This document shows positions 51,101 through 58,587 of a stretch of DNA of 64,000 bases, piece after piece. Source of the stretch: Candidatus Neptunichlamydia sp. (GTDB lineage Bacteria > Chlamydiota > Chlamydiia > Chlamydiales > Simkaniaceae); contig OZ247587.1 of assembly GCA_965233865.1 (NCBI GenBank), positions 288,001-352,000 on the forward strand, written 5' to 3'. The notes below the pieces were generated by a model. The model had not been told where the DNA came from. It saw only the letters and a program-made list of their open reading frames with translations, and searched no databases. Made by a program: the position numbers and the translations under genes. How positions within the stretch are numbered: position 1 is the first letter of the stretch; each line of letters opens with the position of its first letter.

Positions 51101-54100
51101 GCTGGAGCACTCAAAAAAAGAGAGCAGATAAATGTGACGCAAGAAGATCTACAGTCCCTCCTTCTTCGGTTTCTAGATGAAGGGCTCGATCTTGATGAGA
51201 AATTTAGAGTCGAAAAACTTGAATATGACAAGCGGATTGATCTCTATAAGGAAATTCTTCTTGCTCTTCGAACTCAAGGAATTGGAAATATTGATGAAAT
51301 TCATGAAGCGGCTCGCGAAGATAAAGAGCTTAACTTTCCCCTTGGAAAGAGAAAGACTCTTAAGTTGGAATATGCAGAGTGTTTGGAAGAGGTGCTACTT
51401 CAACTCGTGAGTACTCCTGAAGTGGCTCAGTATATCATGATTAAAGACAAAGACCCTAAAAGGCTTGAAGCAAGTGTATTTGAAGAGCATGTGGCACCAG
51501 TCATTGCGGCTAAACTTGTAGCTCTTAGAAAGTTTAAGATCGCTGAGGGAGATAGAGAAGTAATTGCAGCTTATTTATGTGGTCAATCTGCAACGATCCC
51601 GGAAAGCGCCACCCGTCATCCCCAATTTAAGCAGATCGCGCTGATGCGGGGCGCTTTGATGATTATAATACCAAAGACGCTTGAAAGGATTATTCATAAG
51701 CATTTTCATCTAGCTTCATCGGATGTAGGTGTTGAGTATGTGAAGCCAAGTGAAGGAAATGTGAATACGGTGGATGATTCTGACTTCCTTTCTCCGTTTG
51801 AGACATTTTGTAAAACGGCGTGCCTTTACCTGAAAGACCGCCTATCGGATGCTCAAGTGCTTAAGATGATTGGCTACTTGAAAACAAAGGCTGAAAACGA
51901 GGCAAAAAAGAAAGGAAGCGCATTCGAGCTAACGGATACAGCAAAAATCTTCAAAGAGAATTTATGTCCGGGGGTTAACCTTAGCGATCTTGGAGAAGAA
52001 GTGAGTGCTGAGATTATTAAGCAGCTCAGAAAAAGTGATGCTTTAACACTAGCTTATGTCCGAAACTACATTCGTACTGAGATCAAGTATTACCCCACAA
52101 TCTTAGAGAGCAATGGGCAAGATTTGATCAATATATTTGCAAAAATCCGTACACACACGGGAACCCCTGAACCTGAGCTTCTTCCAGATGGAACAAAAAT
52201 TATTGCGCGCGAAGGAATTTTGGGGCAGAGCTTGCACACTTTTGAAACGCGCAACAAAGAAGTGAGAGTCTTCACCGAAAGCGATCCTGTGGCAGTTCTT
52301 GAAACCGATGTGATTCAAGGCTTTTTCAACCAGAGCAAGAGTAACATGAATTTTATTGACCGTGGAGCAGCGGTTAATGGTTTAACAACAGAGAGTGTTG
52401 CTACAGAAATTTGGAAAGGAATCCAAGACGCTCGCACCGAGATCAAAGGTGTTGTGTTCTATCTAAATGCGACGGCGGTGATCCTTACAGAAGCGGGGGT
52501 CAGACCACTGAGTGAGAGTAGAATTCAGCCTCATGAGTATGTAACTTATTTTGATGAGCCCCACACTTATGCTGCAGATGTTAAGGGAAAGAAAATTGAT
52601 GAAGTGGTGAGTTTGTTAACAGTTGGAGAAACCACAACTTTTGAAAAGGAAATGAACCAGGCTGAATATCGTGATCGTGGAATCGAAGCTGAGGGGCATT
52701 CTCAGGTCATTGCTATGACAAAACATGTCAGAAATAAGGTAATTGATGAGGAGAGAACTCCAAGCATCCGGGAAGTTACAGTTTTCCTAAGGACGAATGG
52801 GAGAACTGCTAAGAAGAAACGCAGATTTTTTATCGATAGTCAAAAACTTGAAGGACTTGTTAAACAAGCGGTTATTCAAAAAGCGCTTGAAGCTAAGGAT
52901 TCGAATGCAACATGTAGGATTTTGAGAGCCTTCGAAGAGATTTTAGTTTCTAAGGCATCCGATAATCCAGTTGAACTCTTTGGTCTACTTAGGGTGACTG
53001 AAGACCGCAAGGTTGTTCTAAAGGCTATTCGAGATAGGCTCTTGAAAAAGCTCTCTGGTAAGGGTGTGTTTAACGAAGAAGAGATACTCCAATTAAAAGC
53101 AAAGCTTGCAGCGGTTATCGAGGGAGATCGATTTAAGCTTGCGGTAGAAATGTATGAAACAGTGAAAACAAGCATTCGTGCAAAATTTATTAATGGAAAT
53201 GATACACATAATAAATCAATTACGAATCATTGTTCTTCCTTTCTCGATATAGATATTGGGACAACAGTGTCTCCATTCTTTGATTCCGAAGAAGCGTTAA
53301 AAGAGAACTCTCTTATGATTATTCAAGAAACAGTATTGCAAGTCATACACAATAAGTTTTTTACAGAATTTCAATATAAAGAAATGGTAGATATTTTAAC
53401 CTCAATTGCAGGGAGGAAAACTCTACCGGTTGCCGAAGAAAGAGTCCATGCATTTCAGTCAGCAGAAGGACTTTCTGTTGAGGTTCTTGAATCAATGGGA
53501 AGAACCGTTCAGGTTCAAGCTGTTGCTGAAGCTGAGAATGAAGAGCAGGAGCAAGAGATTGATAACGTCAATAACTTAGCACAAGCAGGTCTTGAAGATC
53601 CTTACCGGGTAGCTCCAGATACCGACATCAGTTGGTCCGAATATCTTACCCCTACGAATTTAGATCAGTGGTTTAAAATGATAGAACCAAAGGGCTATAG
53701 ATTTCCCTTTGGAGAGAGCTGGAGAGGGCACAGCCCCCCACTATTTGAGTTAAAAAAAGGCCTCAAGTTATCTTCAGATGATGCAGTAAGAAACTTTGCG
53801 GATACACTCCCTTCTTCAATTTGCTGTTCTTGGAATATGTTTAAGGTATTCACCTCTTCATTTAGAAGTAGAATTGTTGAACCTTTTGGCCCACGTCAGA
53901 AGCCAATCTTTGAGTTCCTTGTTGTTCAAAAAAAAATTAAGAAGACGATTATTCTTCTAGATCAGAAAGAAGTAGATTTCTGGCGCAGAAAACTTAAAGA
54001 AGACCGGGGTCGAAAAGGTGATGTTACAGATACCGTAAGCTATAATTGGAATGAAGAGATAGATAAAAGAGGAGAAATCAAGCTTGCTCTTGTTGATAAT

Positions 54101-54403
54101 ATTTCTGGCGCTATTGTTGCAACAGGAGCCAACGAGATGACTGATAATGACATCGATACGCCTGTTACTAATCAAGCAAGAGTCATCCTTAAGCTGGCAT
54201 CGGGCTATACCAATTTCTCTGATACAGAGCTTGAAATTCTAGAGTCATGGATGAACCGCACAGGTGTTAATCGTGTGATAAATTTCTTTGAGTCAATGGC
54301 TTACTGCATGCATAAGAAAGAAGACTTTGACCAATCAAATCTCCAAGCACTATTTTTCAAACTCCAAAACAGAGTAAAAGAGCCAGATATTATTCGCGTA
54401 TAA
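42137..54403 (+). CDS. 4088-aa giant protein with DUF3638-like / SF2-helicase-like C-terminal region
   Basis: Uninterrupted 12.3-kb ORF; MGDGKSS (aa ~2913), DEIH (~3053), HTGT (~3340), YFDEPHT, QAEYRDRG (~3508), then VQVQAVAEAENEEQEQE. Confidence 0.8.
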   Translation: MALGVNPNLNQNNGMLHKFLPMARLNAMQATLVSMVQKAGGLINYELNRAKHVFSFNPNTRRLYDLFQKYFPEGLFPETEAIARLKTRLTELSFASEEARHEFMGNKEALLEMSLLYEKRDHIPVSPEVFRAILHKRQRDQEASFNDVLDYSIAVSRREENSRIDEIIAQTEQGAALLDKEAAILEEGGQQEKAAAKKTKSEEIRRGAVERRKHETERRTGQVESEDHSATRGETDLREDAAQSLKEAQGVRESITEKATEALKSETLSQFVEDTAKHLYSLLEKTPKGKHLVYMGKAGTSSVGVSGVVNIPGLEDHIPPEIKTLLSEKDPKVIGQMAKANVIKKMGPMIMEFLGKETVVRLTEEHRLAHPGEPVTLDPVALFEKWIGKSFERLEGVLNEQMPEQLTAEIVHSLREDAREVFCGVRTETTGEKRRIEELFDEIAGQGFEAFLGRAVGESLVSTRALFTEKLDGVVQGMTQFLPSSAHAALTSLGLIPNIEKPFWIDIVKNFDETFTVKLFANGLSAEAFKEVQIAQKTGLQVPLVFENVDAKKLAQDFFHLLVDYEYRPKYKKGLHSFSVEHVVSGLTHYLGMPKIASDISEIMPHRVVEDQGPLSLMYLYLFNHQSRDISLFHAEHSFDLSWHALIDYWKVFGTPDGLKEDRELRSGIRVAIDHISKEAILLYDDKAISNHKLQQVYATLWEIEGAMHKAEKHQVKTRNGGIIIPLGMQNYLKALLLDSGADPSYLEALKEAFLVAAGDDCEEIFDAVLNELLPELVTSSAVKEAEVLDWQDIFKIEAVKKKIEYIKMNRFSILQLVKFYAKMMVILFSIYQVTLSAKTIATTIEKYYPNLKKKFPFSPFYLGVAMTLFGPQVFAKTLPKDVYESVAAIYHLSTQVSCYIFKRLLMHGFKQVLKKVIKEEDKNSIRTLAKQMQQEVLRKGELGYEVTSSQGNHDKVEVNFIQGPAQESLSAYETTALFKNEVPKPISVTITSENYEKTLDDWVNHAQTLHNDFKEDHYDLIYLNEQIRNLPIPGACDYEDNVWSCIPKEAMDLFEKADTLAKETQQTLDEAEQLRDKAKDLVQEAIPVALEKLHSLLVSLYKASQNTQKNPQHRTETVISFYSLYAIINSFVTRSNNAGFNSLSRQANGEDLFHFTQKAGLKVTHKKSLQQLRAVCSYFDFELGERLTPEEIQNKFSSVHFNYAGTGSYIGGKAFNSKGVKVTVTPYQQLFSTDSPYFSDLLKRPEIKARLEAHGIDRRSTNMDKQLMLFRDPPMLDAPTEARNAWEDNTSDLDLRKGILPREYYILRVAHFMSSSKAIFGTELKEDFLKDPIKRGLSISKVEVQEDIPTGIFGNIKALTSKMYHAATQEAFQAQLLKGNLAILEKQDERLEAIRDRTIGRAVHGKGTEYAVGASQREQDRYKEKTFGVRRVDQTFVIGTIQTVDELSLLSVAEKQILEMVQSYDKDRLIRALEIFSYREDRLRHPEFRVLFDLLCQNLVALEAQAKDRVEIGKYVGQFFANKMNSLKRIGDLETALFMTKMGIELEGFFISHDQTIKNHFPDFASEIRKHIIPAYQALPKEKRVINVGESGKMSGIHLALTTLAVSYMNVDLKVLDTKTYNQALEDIGRFAFYQGRQHPEFQAQWLFGEAKGVVFKWANCLREYCNSVGTKLRDDLLGQLFADAGIDLCKELGAWQGEFPTFKNVKQELIVNLAQKTIHGHASVFLKEKGEEELRRVFGKEDLGKCQFRENNTFKYPTLEIEIHWDLDQRRFIISKDIEEEIATYFSQKEITINWGFSPFVFEAKDLIFANNSRIFVYRDRELIARFTLSKCKELITNFPLEGATVTKREHVINGKWHQAVDLSQQKHELTLLNWFVKLDDIEAYSQPQPAVEGRPARDRLTYVKLKPLNLEFKIVEKEDGTLQAVSMSEGTRGYVLCKRQEDARLYAYPHAIILHNEAGAEKVILKSLPFATIFLKFIVNNIAKTKTSPMIDELINSQAVEGYDKHGLGLIEREMEDLDDIGAQMIRTVYTGGYRRVTLDKAQYFTTNFDENGELSSKDPNMMAYLACYHFCSGDIETAKHYFDRLEVFGNQYPFTEDALNYIDRLILLLGYSRKSLATELALRLAAIREKNYLVQMPTDSEKALGEGEEAVTESGKKLDRLQIFRVLVLQEKYIEYLENLKFGGRQYLTPEDELFIFKTLTRAAKEIFDAKSWNLDEDWQSVLEHFKGDYTSEVLMPPTLVRRFHYLHSKYNEPGIWKSYQNRLLFEEFWYDRINPYTRFLGNPKRSGFFGQINSIVKDIVQSPLLKPQTVDYAMELSTPTYTLENLPLSPIKMEPKLLLSEFVHYYALASNGIPPEWKVNVEKVNIFASKKAEFMKNFPLLMGNFSPKYALFYDLLDRVIKGASLWEPSNFFGEFPTADQIRVELLAVQAGEAAVQSATQEEGQMINKATVRDNAARNALKKRLEEIQSKKVSSDIYSSEIEYIKKYLENSKDTHSLLEWAEGRVSKLCELGEEHTVTYPFSQAAKGVMAFGKGAQKLRSSFKVGDPSDFNNMMQNFVNKSRVRLGLDTLEKATILENACGVAKKVGCLSMGLTAFTLESALTPGFVRMKERLTCGISRVWKQERDVMMENEAPRQEPEKISVELAQVLGQRELLITTAMRELLEEYCTVVTTENPARKEVKYFNSEGLDDEAIRQGFEEFNGALVEYYSREPGMVHAFTLREGGSVEEFIHAIRRLKQEVTVVLEKEQQAIVDFVSQEKLTSDDGVERTLSRLEKTKVRNKPLTFNDILKWFLTEDNTILLNRSETSKEHIPIIKEKVYLYLMTLSRFNILFEKVNSATPQEGIAPLASELLRERTYQVRADEPERLLKAKVAYEAHTGKMLWEVQASHLDRIILQGSSHLMNVMIMGDGKSSAVIPGSDYAAADGRDALVVNVWPKSVKGQSLDMMEQNALGVYGQGVNAFVVDRRRNWDSERLWALAKVFAGALKKREQINVTQEDLQSLLLRFLDEGLDLDEKFRVEKLEYDKRIDLYKEILLALRTQGIGNIDEIHEAAREDKELNFPLGKRKTLKLEYAECLEEVLLQLVSTPEVAQYIMIKDKDPKRLEASVFEEHVAPVIAAKLVALRKFKIAEGDREVIAAYLCGQSATIPESATRHPQFKQIALMRGALMIIIPKTLERIIHKHFHLASSDVGVEYVKPSEGNVNTVDDSDFLSPFETFCKTACLYLKDRLSDAQVLKMIGYLKTKAENEAKKKGSAFELTDTAKIFKENLCPGVNLSDLGEEVSAEIIKQLRKSDALTLAYVRNYIRTEIKYYPTILESNGQDLINIFAKIRTHTGTPEPELLPDGTKIIAREGILGQSLHTFETRNKEVRVFTESDPVAVLETDVIQGFFNQSKSNMNFIDRGAAVNGLTTESVATEIWKGIQDARTEIKGVVFYLNATAVILTEAGVRPLSESRIQPHEYVTYFDEPHTYAADVKGKKIDEVVSLLTVGETTTFEKEMNQAEYRDRGIEAEGHSQVIAMTKHVRNKVIDEERTPSIREVTVFLRTNGRTAKKKRRFFIDSQKLEGLVKQAVIQKALEAKDSNATCRILRAFEEILVSKASDNPVELFGLLRVTEDRKVVLKAIRDRLLKKLSGKGVFNEEEILQLKAKLAAVIEGDRFKLAVEMYETVKTSIRAKFINGNDTHNKSITNHCSSFLDIDIGTTVSPFFDSEEALKENSLMIIQETVLQVIHNKFFTEFQYKEMVDILTSIAGRKTLPVAEERVHAFQSAEGLSVEVLESMGRTVQVQAVAEAENEEQEQEIDNVNNLAQAGLEDPYRVAPDTDISWSEYLTPTNLDQWFKMIEPKGYRFPFGESWRGHSPPLFELKKGLKLSSDDAVRNFADTLPSSICCSWNMFKVFTSSFRSRIVEPFGPRQKPIFEFLVVQKKIKKTIILLDQKEVDFWRRKLKEDRGRKGDVTDTVSYNWNEEIDKRGEIKLALVDNISGAIVATGANEMTDNDIDTPVTNQARVILKLASGYTNFSDTELEILESWMNRTGVNRVINFFESMAYCMHKKEDFDQSNLQALFFKLQNRVKEPDIIRV

Positions 54404-54437
54404 TTTTTTGCAAGATGTTATCAACACATAGGAAGGG

Positions 54438-54464
54438 AGCGTCTTAGGAGATTCCTTTGACGCT
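54438..54464 (+). terminator. Possible terminator hairpin after the giant gene
   Basis: AGCGTC..AGGA…TCCT..GACGCT; weak U-tract. Confidence 0.3.
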
Positions 54465-54723
54465 ATTAAGCAACCCTTTGGATTTTGTTTTAACAGGTGG
54501 TCAAGTAGTAGTCAGCTTTTTTTGTTGCTAGAGGAAAGGTGTTTTTGGCATAACCTTATATATGAATCTATCTCACTATTCTAAACACCATCTTGTCGAG
54601 TCTTTTTTTCTAGAATCTGAAGTTTCTAACTATCTTACTTTATTAAGTATGGTGTGCAAAGAAATCTCAGATTCTGAAAAAGAACCTTCAAAATTCTGGA
54701 ATTTTTAATAATGAGATAGGTTT

Positions 54724-56220
54724 ATGCAATTAGGAAAATATTTTGGATCTGGACTTAGGCGGTTCTTTTCGGGGATGATGCTCAGTCGTGTGAGCGGGTT
54801 GGGAAGAGACCTTGTGATGGCCTACTCTTTTGGGGATCATGCGGCGGTAGCGGCGTTCATTGTGGCGTTTCGGTTTGCAAATGTCTTGAGGCGTTTTTTT
54901 GGTGAGGGACCCTTGCAATCGGCGCTCATCCCCCAGTTCGAAGGGATGCGCAATGAGAATCGCGAAGAGGCATACTCCTTTTTCCAGAAGCTGTCTGTGC
55001 TTATTGGAGGGTTGGTTCTAGCAATTATTATTGTTTTAGAGCTAGGCATGCAGTTGTGGATAGGATCAGAGATTATTCAACTAACAGGATGGATGCTCCC
55101 TAGCCTTCTCTTCATTTCTTTGTATGGGCTGAATGTTTCATTTTTGCAGTGCCATAGCCGCTTTTTTATTTCGAGTATGGCTCCCTTTTTATGCAATATA
55201 ATGTGGATCATTGGGGCGTTAAGTTTGCGGCATCAAGAGATTCATGGGGCGATGATAGGGCTTGCAAAGTGGGTGCTGTGCGGTTTTGTGATTCAATGGG
55301 GGATTACGGCGTGGCAGCTACGGGGAAGTTTAAGTTGGAAAGGATGGTTCCAGGGGAAATTATTTCATCCAGGAGTGAAGCAACTTGCCAAAGCATTTAG
55401 CCTGGGGGCGCTAGGGGTCGGTGCGGTGCAGATTAATACATTTTTCGATGCGATTTTTGCGCGGTGTGCCTATATTTCAGGGCCTGTCTACTTGTGGTAT
55501 GCAAATCGATTTCAGCAACTCGCCTTGGCAATTTTTGGAATTGCGGCAGTGAGCACCCTTGTACCGGTTCTTTCAAGGGCGATTAAGAAAGGGGAGATTG
55601 AGAGAGGAAAAGAAATCTTTTCCTTTGGGTGCCGCAGGGTCATGATGCTCATGATTCCGATGACCTTTGCGATTTGCATTCTTGGGTTTTCTGCGATTGA
55701 TTTAGTCTTTGGGAGAGGAAGTTTTTCGCTCTATGCAACAAAGCAAACGGCGTGGTGCTTATCGGCGTATTCATTGGGCCTTGTTCCTGCAACGCTCGTA
55801 ATGTATTTTGCGGCAGTTTTGTATGCAAAGGGAAATTTTCGGACAGCGACTTTATTTTCTGTAATGACGGTAGGGATCAATTTAGGGCTGAATTCTTTAT
55901 TCATTTTTGGAATGGGGCTGGGACCTATTTCGACAGCCCTAGCGACGAGTATTGGGGCATGGTGCAACTTTATTGGTCTGCGCACCGCTGTGAAAGGGTG
56001 GAATATGGGGATGAAAGGGAAAGAACTTGCGGGAGTGCTTCTAGGAAGTGGCGGAGCAAGTATGGCAGCTTTTCTAGTGCAAGGACAATGTTCTCATAAG
56101 GTGCTCGCCTTTGCCGTTCCAGGAGTGGTATTTGTGGGAGTCTATGCTCTACTCTTTTGGAAGCGCCTCTTTGATGATCGCTCCACCGAGGCAGGTGTTG
56201 CCGTCATAGAAGACCACTGA
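54724..56220 (+). CDS. murJ: Lipid II flippase MurJ (MviN)
   Basis: SRVSGLGRD, AFRFANVLRRFFGEG, YANRFQQL, multiple TM helices. Confidence 0.92.
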   Translation: MQLGKYFGSGLRRFFSGMMLSRVSGLGRDLVMAYSFGDHAAVAAFIVAFRFANVLRRFFGEGPLQSALIPQFEGMRNENREEAYSFFQKLSVLIGGLVLAIIIVLELGMQLWIGSEIIQLTGWMLPSLLFISLYGLNVSFLQCHSRFFISSMAPFLCNIMWIIGALSLRHQEIHGAMIGLAKWVLCGFVIQWGITAWQLRGSLSWKGWFQGKLFHPGVKQLAKAFSLGALGVGAVQINTFFDAIFARCAYISGPVYLWYANRFQQLALAIFGIAAVSTLVPVLSRAIKKGEIERGKEIFSFGCRRVMMLMIPMTFAICILGFSAIDLVFGRGSFSLYATKQTAWCLSAYSLGLVPATLVMYFAAVLYAKGNFRTATLFSVMTVGINLGLNSLFIFGMGLGPISTALATSIGAWCNFIGLRTAVKGWNMGMKGKELAGVLLGSGGASMAAFLVQGQCSHKVLAFAVPGVVFVGVYALLFWKRLFDDRSTEAGVAVIEDH

Positions 56221-57201
56221 TTGACGAGGAGTAACCGCCCTTTGGGGCTGATCAAAAGCGACAGAAAGCATAGAGCCTTGTTTTGAAACAGTGCAGTGCT
56301 TTTCAACCTGCCTGTAACGCACTTTTGCTTTGCATGTAAAGGGGAATTTTGGAGCAGATCCTACCCAAGAGACATCGGTGGCTGTCAAAGTATCTGTAAA
56401 GAGAGCAGGGTGATTTTCTCCTTGCGCAACGATCAACTTGCGAAATTCTTTTTGCTTATCAACCACAAACCATGCATCACCAGGCCCTCCGATTCCCATT
56501 CCTTTCCGTTGCCCGATTGTGTAGTAATAAATGCCGTCATGGGTCCCTATCTCAGTCCCCTCTACGGTTTCAATTATTCCAGGCTCATGAGGAATATATT
56601 TTTCAAGAAACTCACGGAAGTTGCGCTTTCCGATGAAGCAGATCCCTGTGCTATCTTTTTTATTAAAGACAGGAAGATTTGCTTGCTCAGCGATTTTTCG
56701 GACCTCAGTCTTTTCCATGTGACCGATAGGGAAGAGCACTTTGTTTAGAACCTGGTTTTTTACAGTATAGAGGAAGTAGCTTTGGTCTTTTCCTGGGTCA
56801 CTTCCCTTAAGCAAAGTGCCACTTTTGGTTTGGCAGTAGTGACCAGTTGCAAGAGCATCAGCACCGAGCATTTTAGCTTTTTCAAAGAGGAGTTTGAATT
56901 TGATTTCACGGTTGCAGAGGATATCGGGATTGGGTGTGTGACCGAGCTCAATTTCTTTAAGAAAATGAGTGAAGACGTTGTCCCAATATTCCTGGGCAAA
57001 GTTCACGTTGTAATAGGGGACATCAAGAAGATTGCATACCGCGCGGGCATCTATGGCATCTTTTTCAGCAATGCAGGCACCATCCTGCTCCTCTTCCCAA
57101 TTTTTCATGAAGAGACCAAAGACGTCATGTCCTGCCTTTTTGAGCAAGTAAAGTGAGGTGGAAGAGTCGACTCCACCAGAGAGGGCAACAGCTATTTTCA
57201 T
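56149..57201 (-). CDS. mnmA: tRNA 2-thiouridylase MnmA
   Basis: SGGVDSS, TPNPDILCNREIKF, ATGHY, KDQSYFL, KKDSTGICFIG. Confidence 0.97.
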   Translation of the reverse strand: MKIAVALSGGVDSSTSLYLLKKAGHDVFGLFMKNWEEEQDGACIAEKDAIDARAVCNLLDVPYYNVNFAQEYWDNVFTHFLKEIELGHTPNPDILCNREIKFKLLFEKAKMLGADALATGHYCQTKSGTLLKGSDPGKDQSYFLYTVKNQVLNKVLFPIGHMEKTEVRKIAEQANLPVFNKKDSTGICFIGKRNFREFLEKYIPHEPGIIETVEGTEIGTHDGIYYYTIGQRKGMGIGGPGDAWFVVDKQKEFRKLIVAQGENHPALFTDTLTATDVSWVGSAPKFPFTCKAKVRYRQVEKHCTVSKQGSMLSVAFDQPQRAVTPRQSVVFYDGNTCLGGAIIKEALPKE

Positions 57202-57253
57202 GGACACATTTTATACCTTTTCATCTTACTTTCAAAGTTGTATAAAAAAAACT

Positions 57254-58528
57254 ATGAACAAAGATCACCGTGTTCTAGGTATTTTTATATATACTCTGAT
57301 GACTCTCTTTCTCCTATTTGAGATGGCACTACAGGTATCCCCAAGTGTGATGATGGTTTCGTTAATGCACGATTTTAATATCGGAGCAGCAACGCTCGGT
57401 GTGATGGCTTCCTTCTACTTTTATAGTTATACTTTGATGCAAATTCCCGTGGGTCTTTTATACGATCGCTATAGCGCACGAGGGCTGATTACTTTTGCCG
57501 CGATCATATGTACGATTGGATCTTTTTTCTTTGCCTTTACCCATCATGTGGTTTGGGCAGGTTTAGGTCGCTTCATGATGGGAATTGGATCTGCCTTTGC
57601 TTTTGTGGGAGTGCTTATAGTTGCTGCTCGATGGTTTCCTCGTAGATATTTTGCTTTTCTAGTGGGGACTGCTCAGTTTCTTGCAGCAATGGGAGCTCTT
57701 TGTGGAGAATTGCCGATTGCAGCATTGCTCAATCATGTCATTTGGAGGGTCGTCATGGTCATTTTTGGAATGATTGGTCTTGTTATGACAGTCTTATGTT
57801 TCATGATTGTTAGAGATAACCCCTACAATAATCGCGACATTCTCAAGAGGCAACACCTCAAACAAGAATTGAAAGAAATTGTGAGGTCGGCGCAGACTTG
57901 GTGGGTTGCCCTGTATGCTTTTTGTGGGTGGGGACCTATTGCTGTATTTGCAGCGTTATGGGGAGTTCCTTATCTAATGGTTCGGTTTCGAGTGCCTACA
58001 ACGAAAGCTGCACTCGCAATGGCTCTTGTATGGATCGGGGTAGGAGTGATGAGTCCCATTCTAGGATGGTTTTCTGATAAATTAGGGCGTCGATGCATTC
58101 TTCTCCGTGTGACTTCCTTAATCGGTCTTCTTAGTTCTCTTGCTCTTTTCTATCTTCCAGGCATCTCGTTTGAGTTTTCCTTTGTTTTTCTCCTAGGAAT
58201 TGGAATTGCAGCTTCTGGACAGATCTTGACCTTTGCTCTTGTCAAAGATAATAACCGACCCACGACAACTGGAACTGCAGTTGGTTTGAACAACATGGCT
58301 GTTGTTGCTGGTGGGGCAATTTTTCAACCTTTAGTTGGGCTCCTTCTCCATCTCTTTTGGGATCATAAAATGAGTGACAGTGGGGTTCCTTTCTATTCAG
58401 TTGAGAACTACCATCTCGGCTTGCTGATTGTTCCTCTCTGCTTTCTTGTCGGCTTGATCGTCAGCTTTTTTCTCATCAAGGAGACTTATTGCCATCAAAA
58501 ATATGATGCAGATGCTCTAAAACAATAG
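57254..58528 (+). CDS. MFS transporter (Pht-like)
   Basis: QVSPSVM, FYFYSYTLMQIPVGLLYDR, GWFSDKLGRR; ~12 TM helices. Confidence 0.9.
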   Translation: MNKDHRVLGIFIYTLMTLFLLFEMALQVSPSVMMVSLMHDFNIGAATLGVMASFYFYSYTLMQIPVGLLYDRYSARGLITFAAIICTIGSFFFAFTHHVVWAGLGRFMMGIGSAFAFVGVLIVAARWFPRRYFAFLVGTAQFLAAMGALCGELPIAALLNHVIWRVVMVIFGMIGLVMTVLCFMIVRDNPYNNRDILKRQHLKQELKEIVRSAQTWWVALYAFCGWGPIAVFAALWGVPYLMVRFRVPTTKAALAMALVWIGVGVMSPILGWFSDKLGRRCILLRVTSLIGLLSSLALFYLPGISFEFSFVFLLGIGIAASGQILTFALVKDNNRPTTTGTAVGLNNMAVVAGGAIFQPLVGLLLHLFWDHKMSDSGVPFYSVENYHLGLLIVPLCFLVGLIVSFFLIKETYCHQKYDADALKQ

Positions 58529-58587
58529 CTTATGGTATTATTATTTGTTTATCCCCATACCCAAAACAGGTAGAGCGTTGCGCAAGA

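Noticed and set aside
42417..54175. Short ORFs nested within the 4088-aa gene
   Set aside because: Shadow ORFs expected by chance within a long coding region.
54562..54708. 48-aa ORF upstream of murJ (MNLSHYSKHH…)
   Set aside because: No RBS, motif or hydrophobic signal; cannot be supported without conservation data.
57158..57253. Extended N-terminus of the first MFS gene overlapping mnmA
   Set aside because: The GTG start lies inside mnmA on the opposite strand. ATG 57254 gives a normal MFS length.
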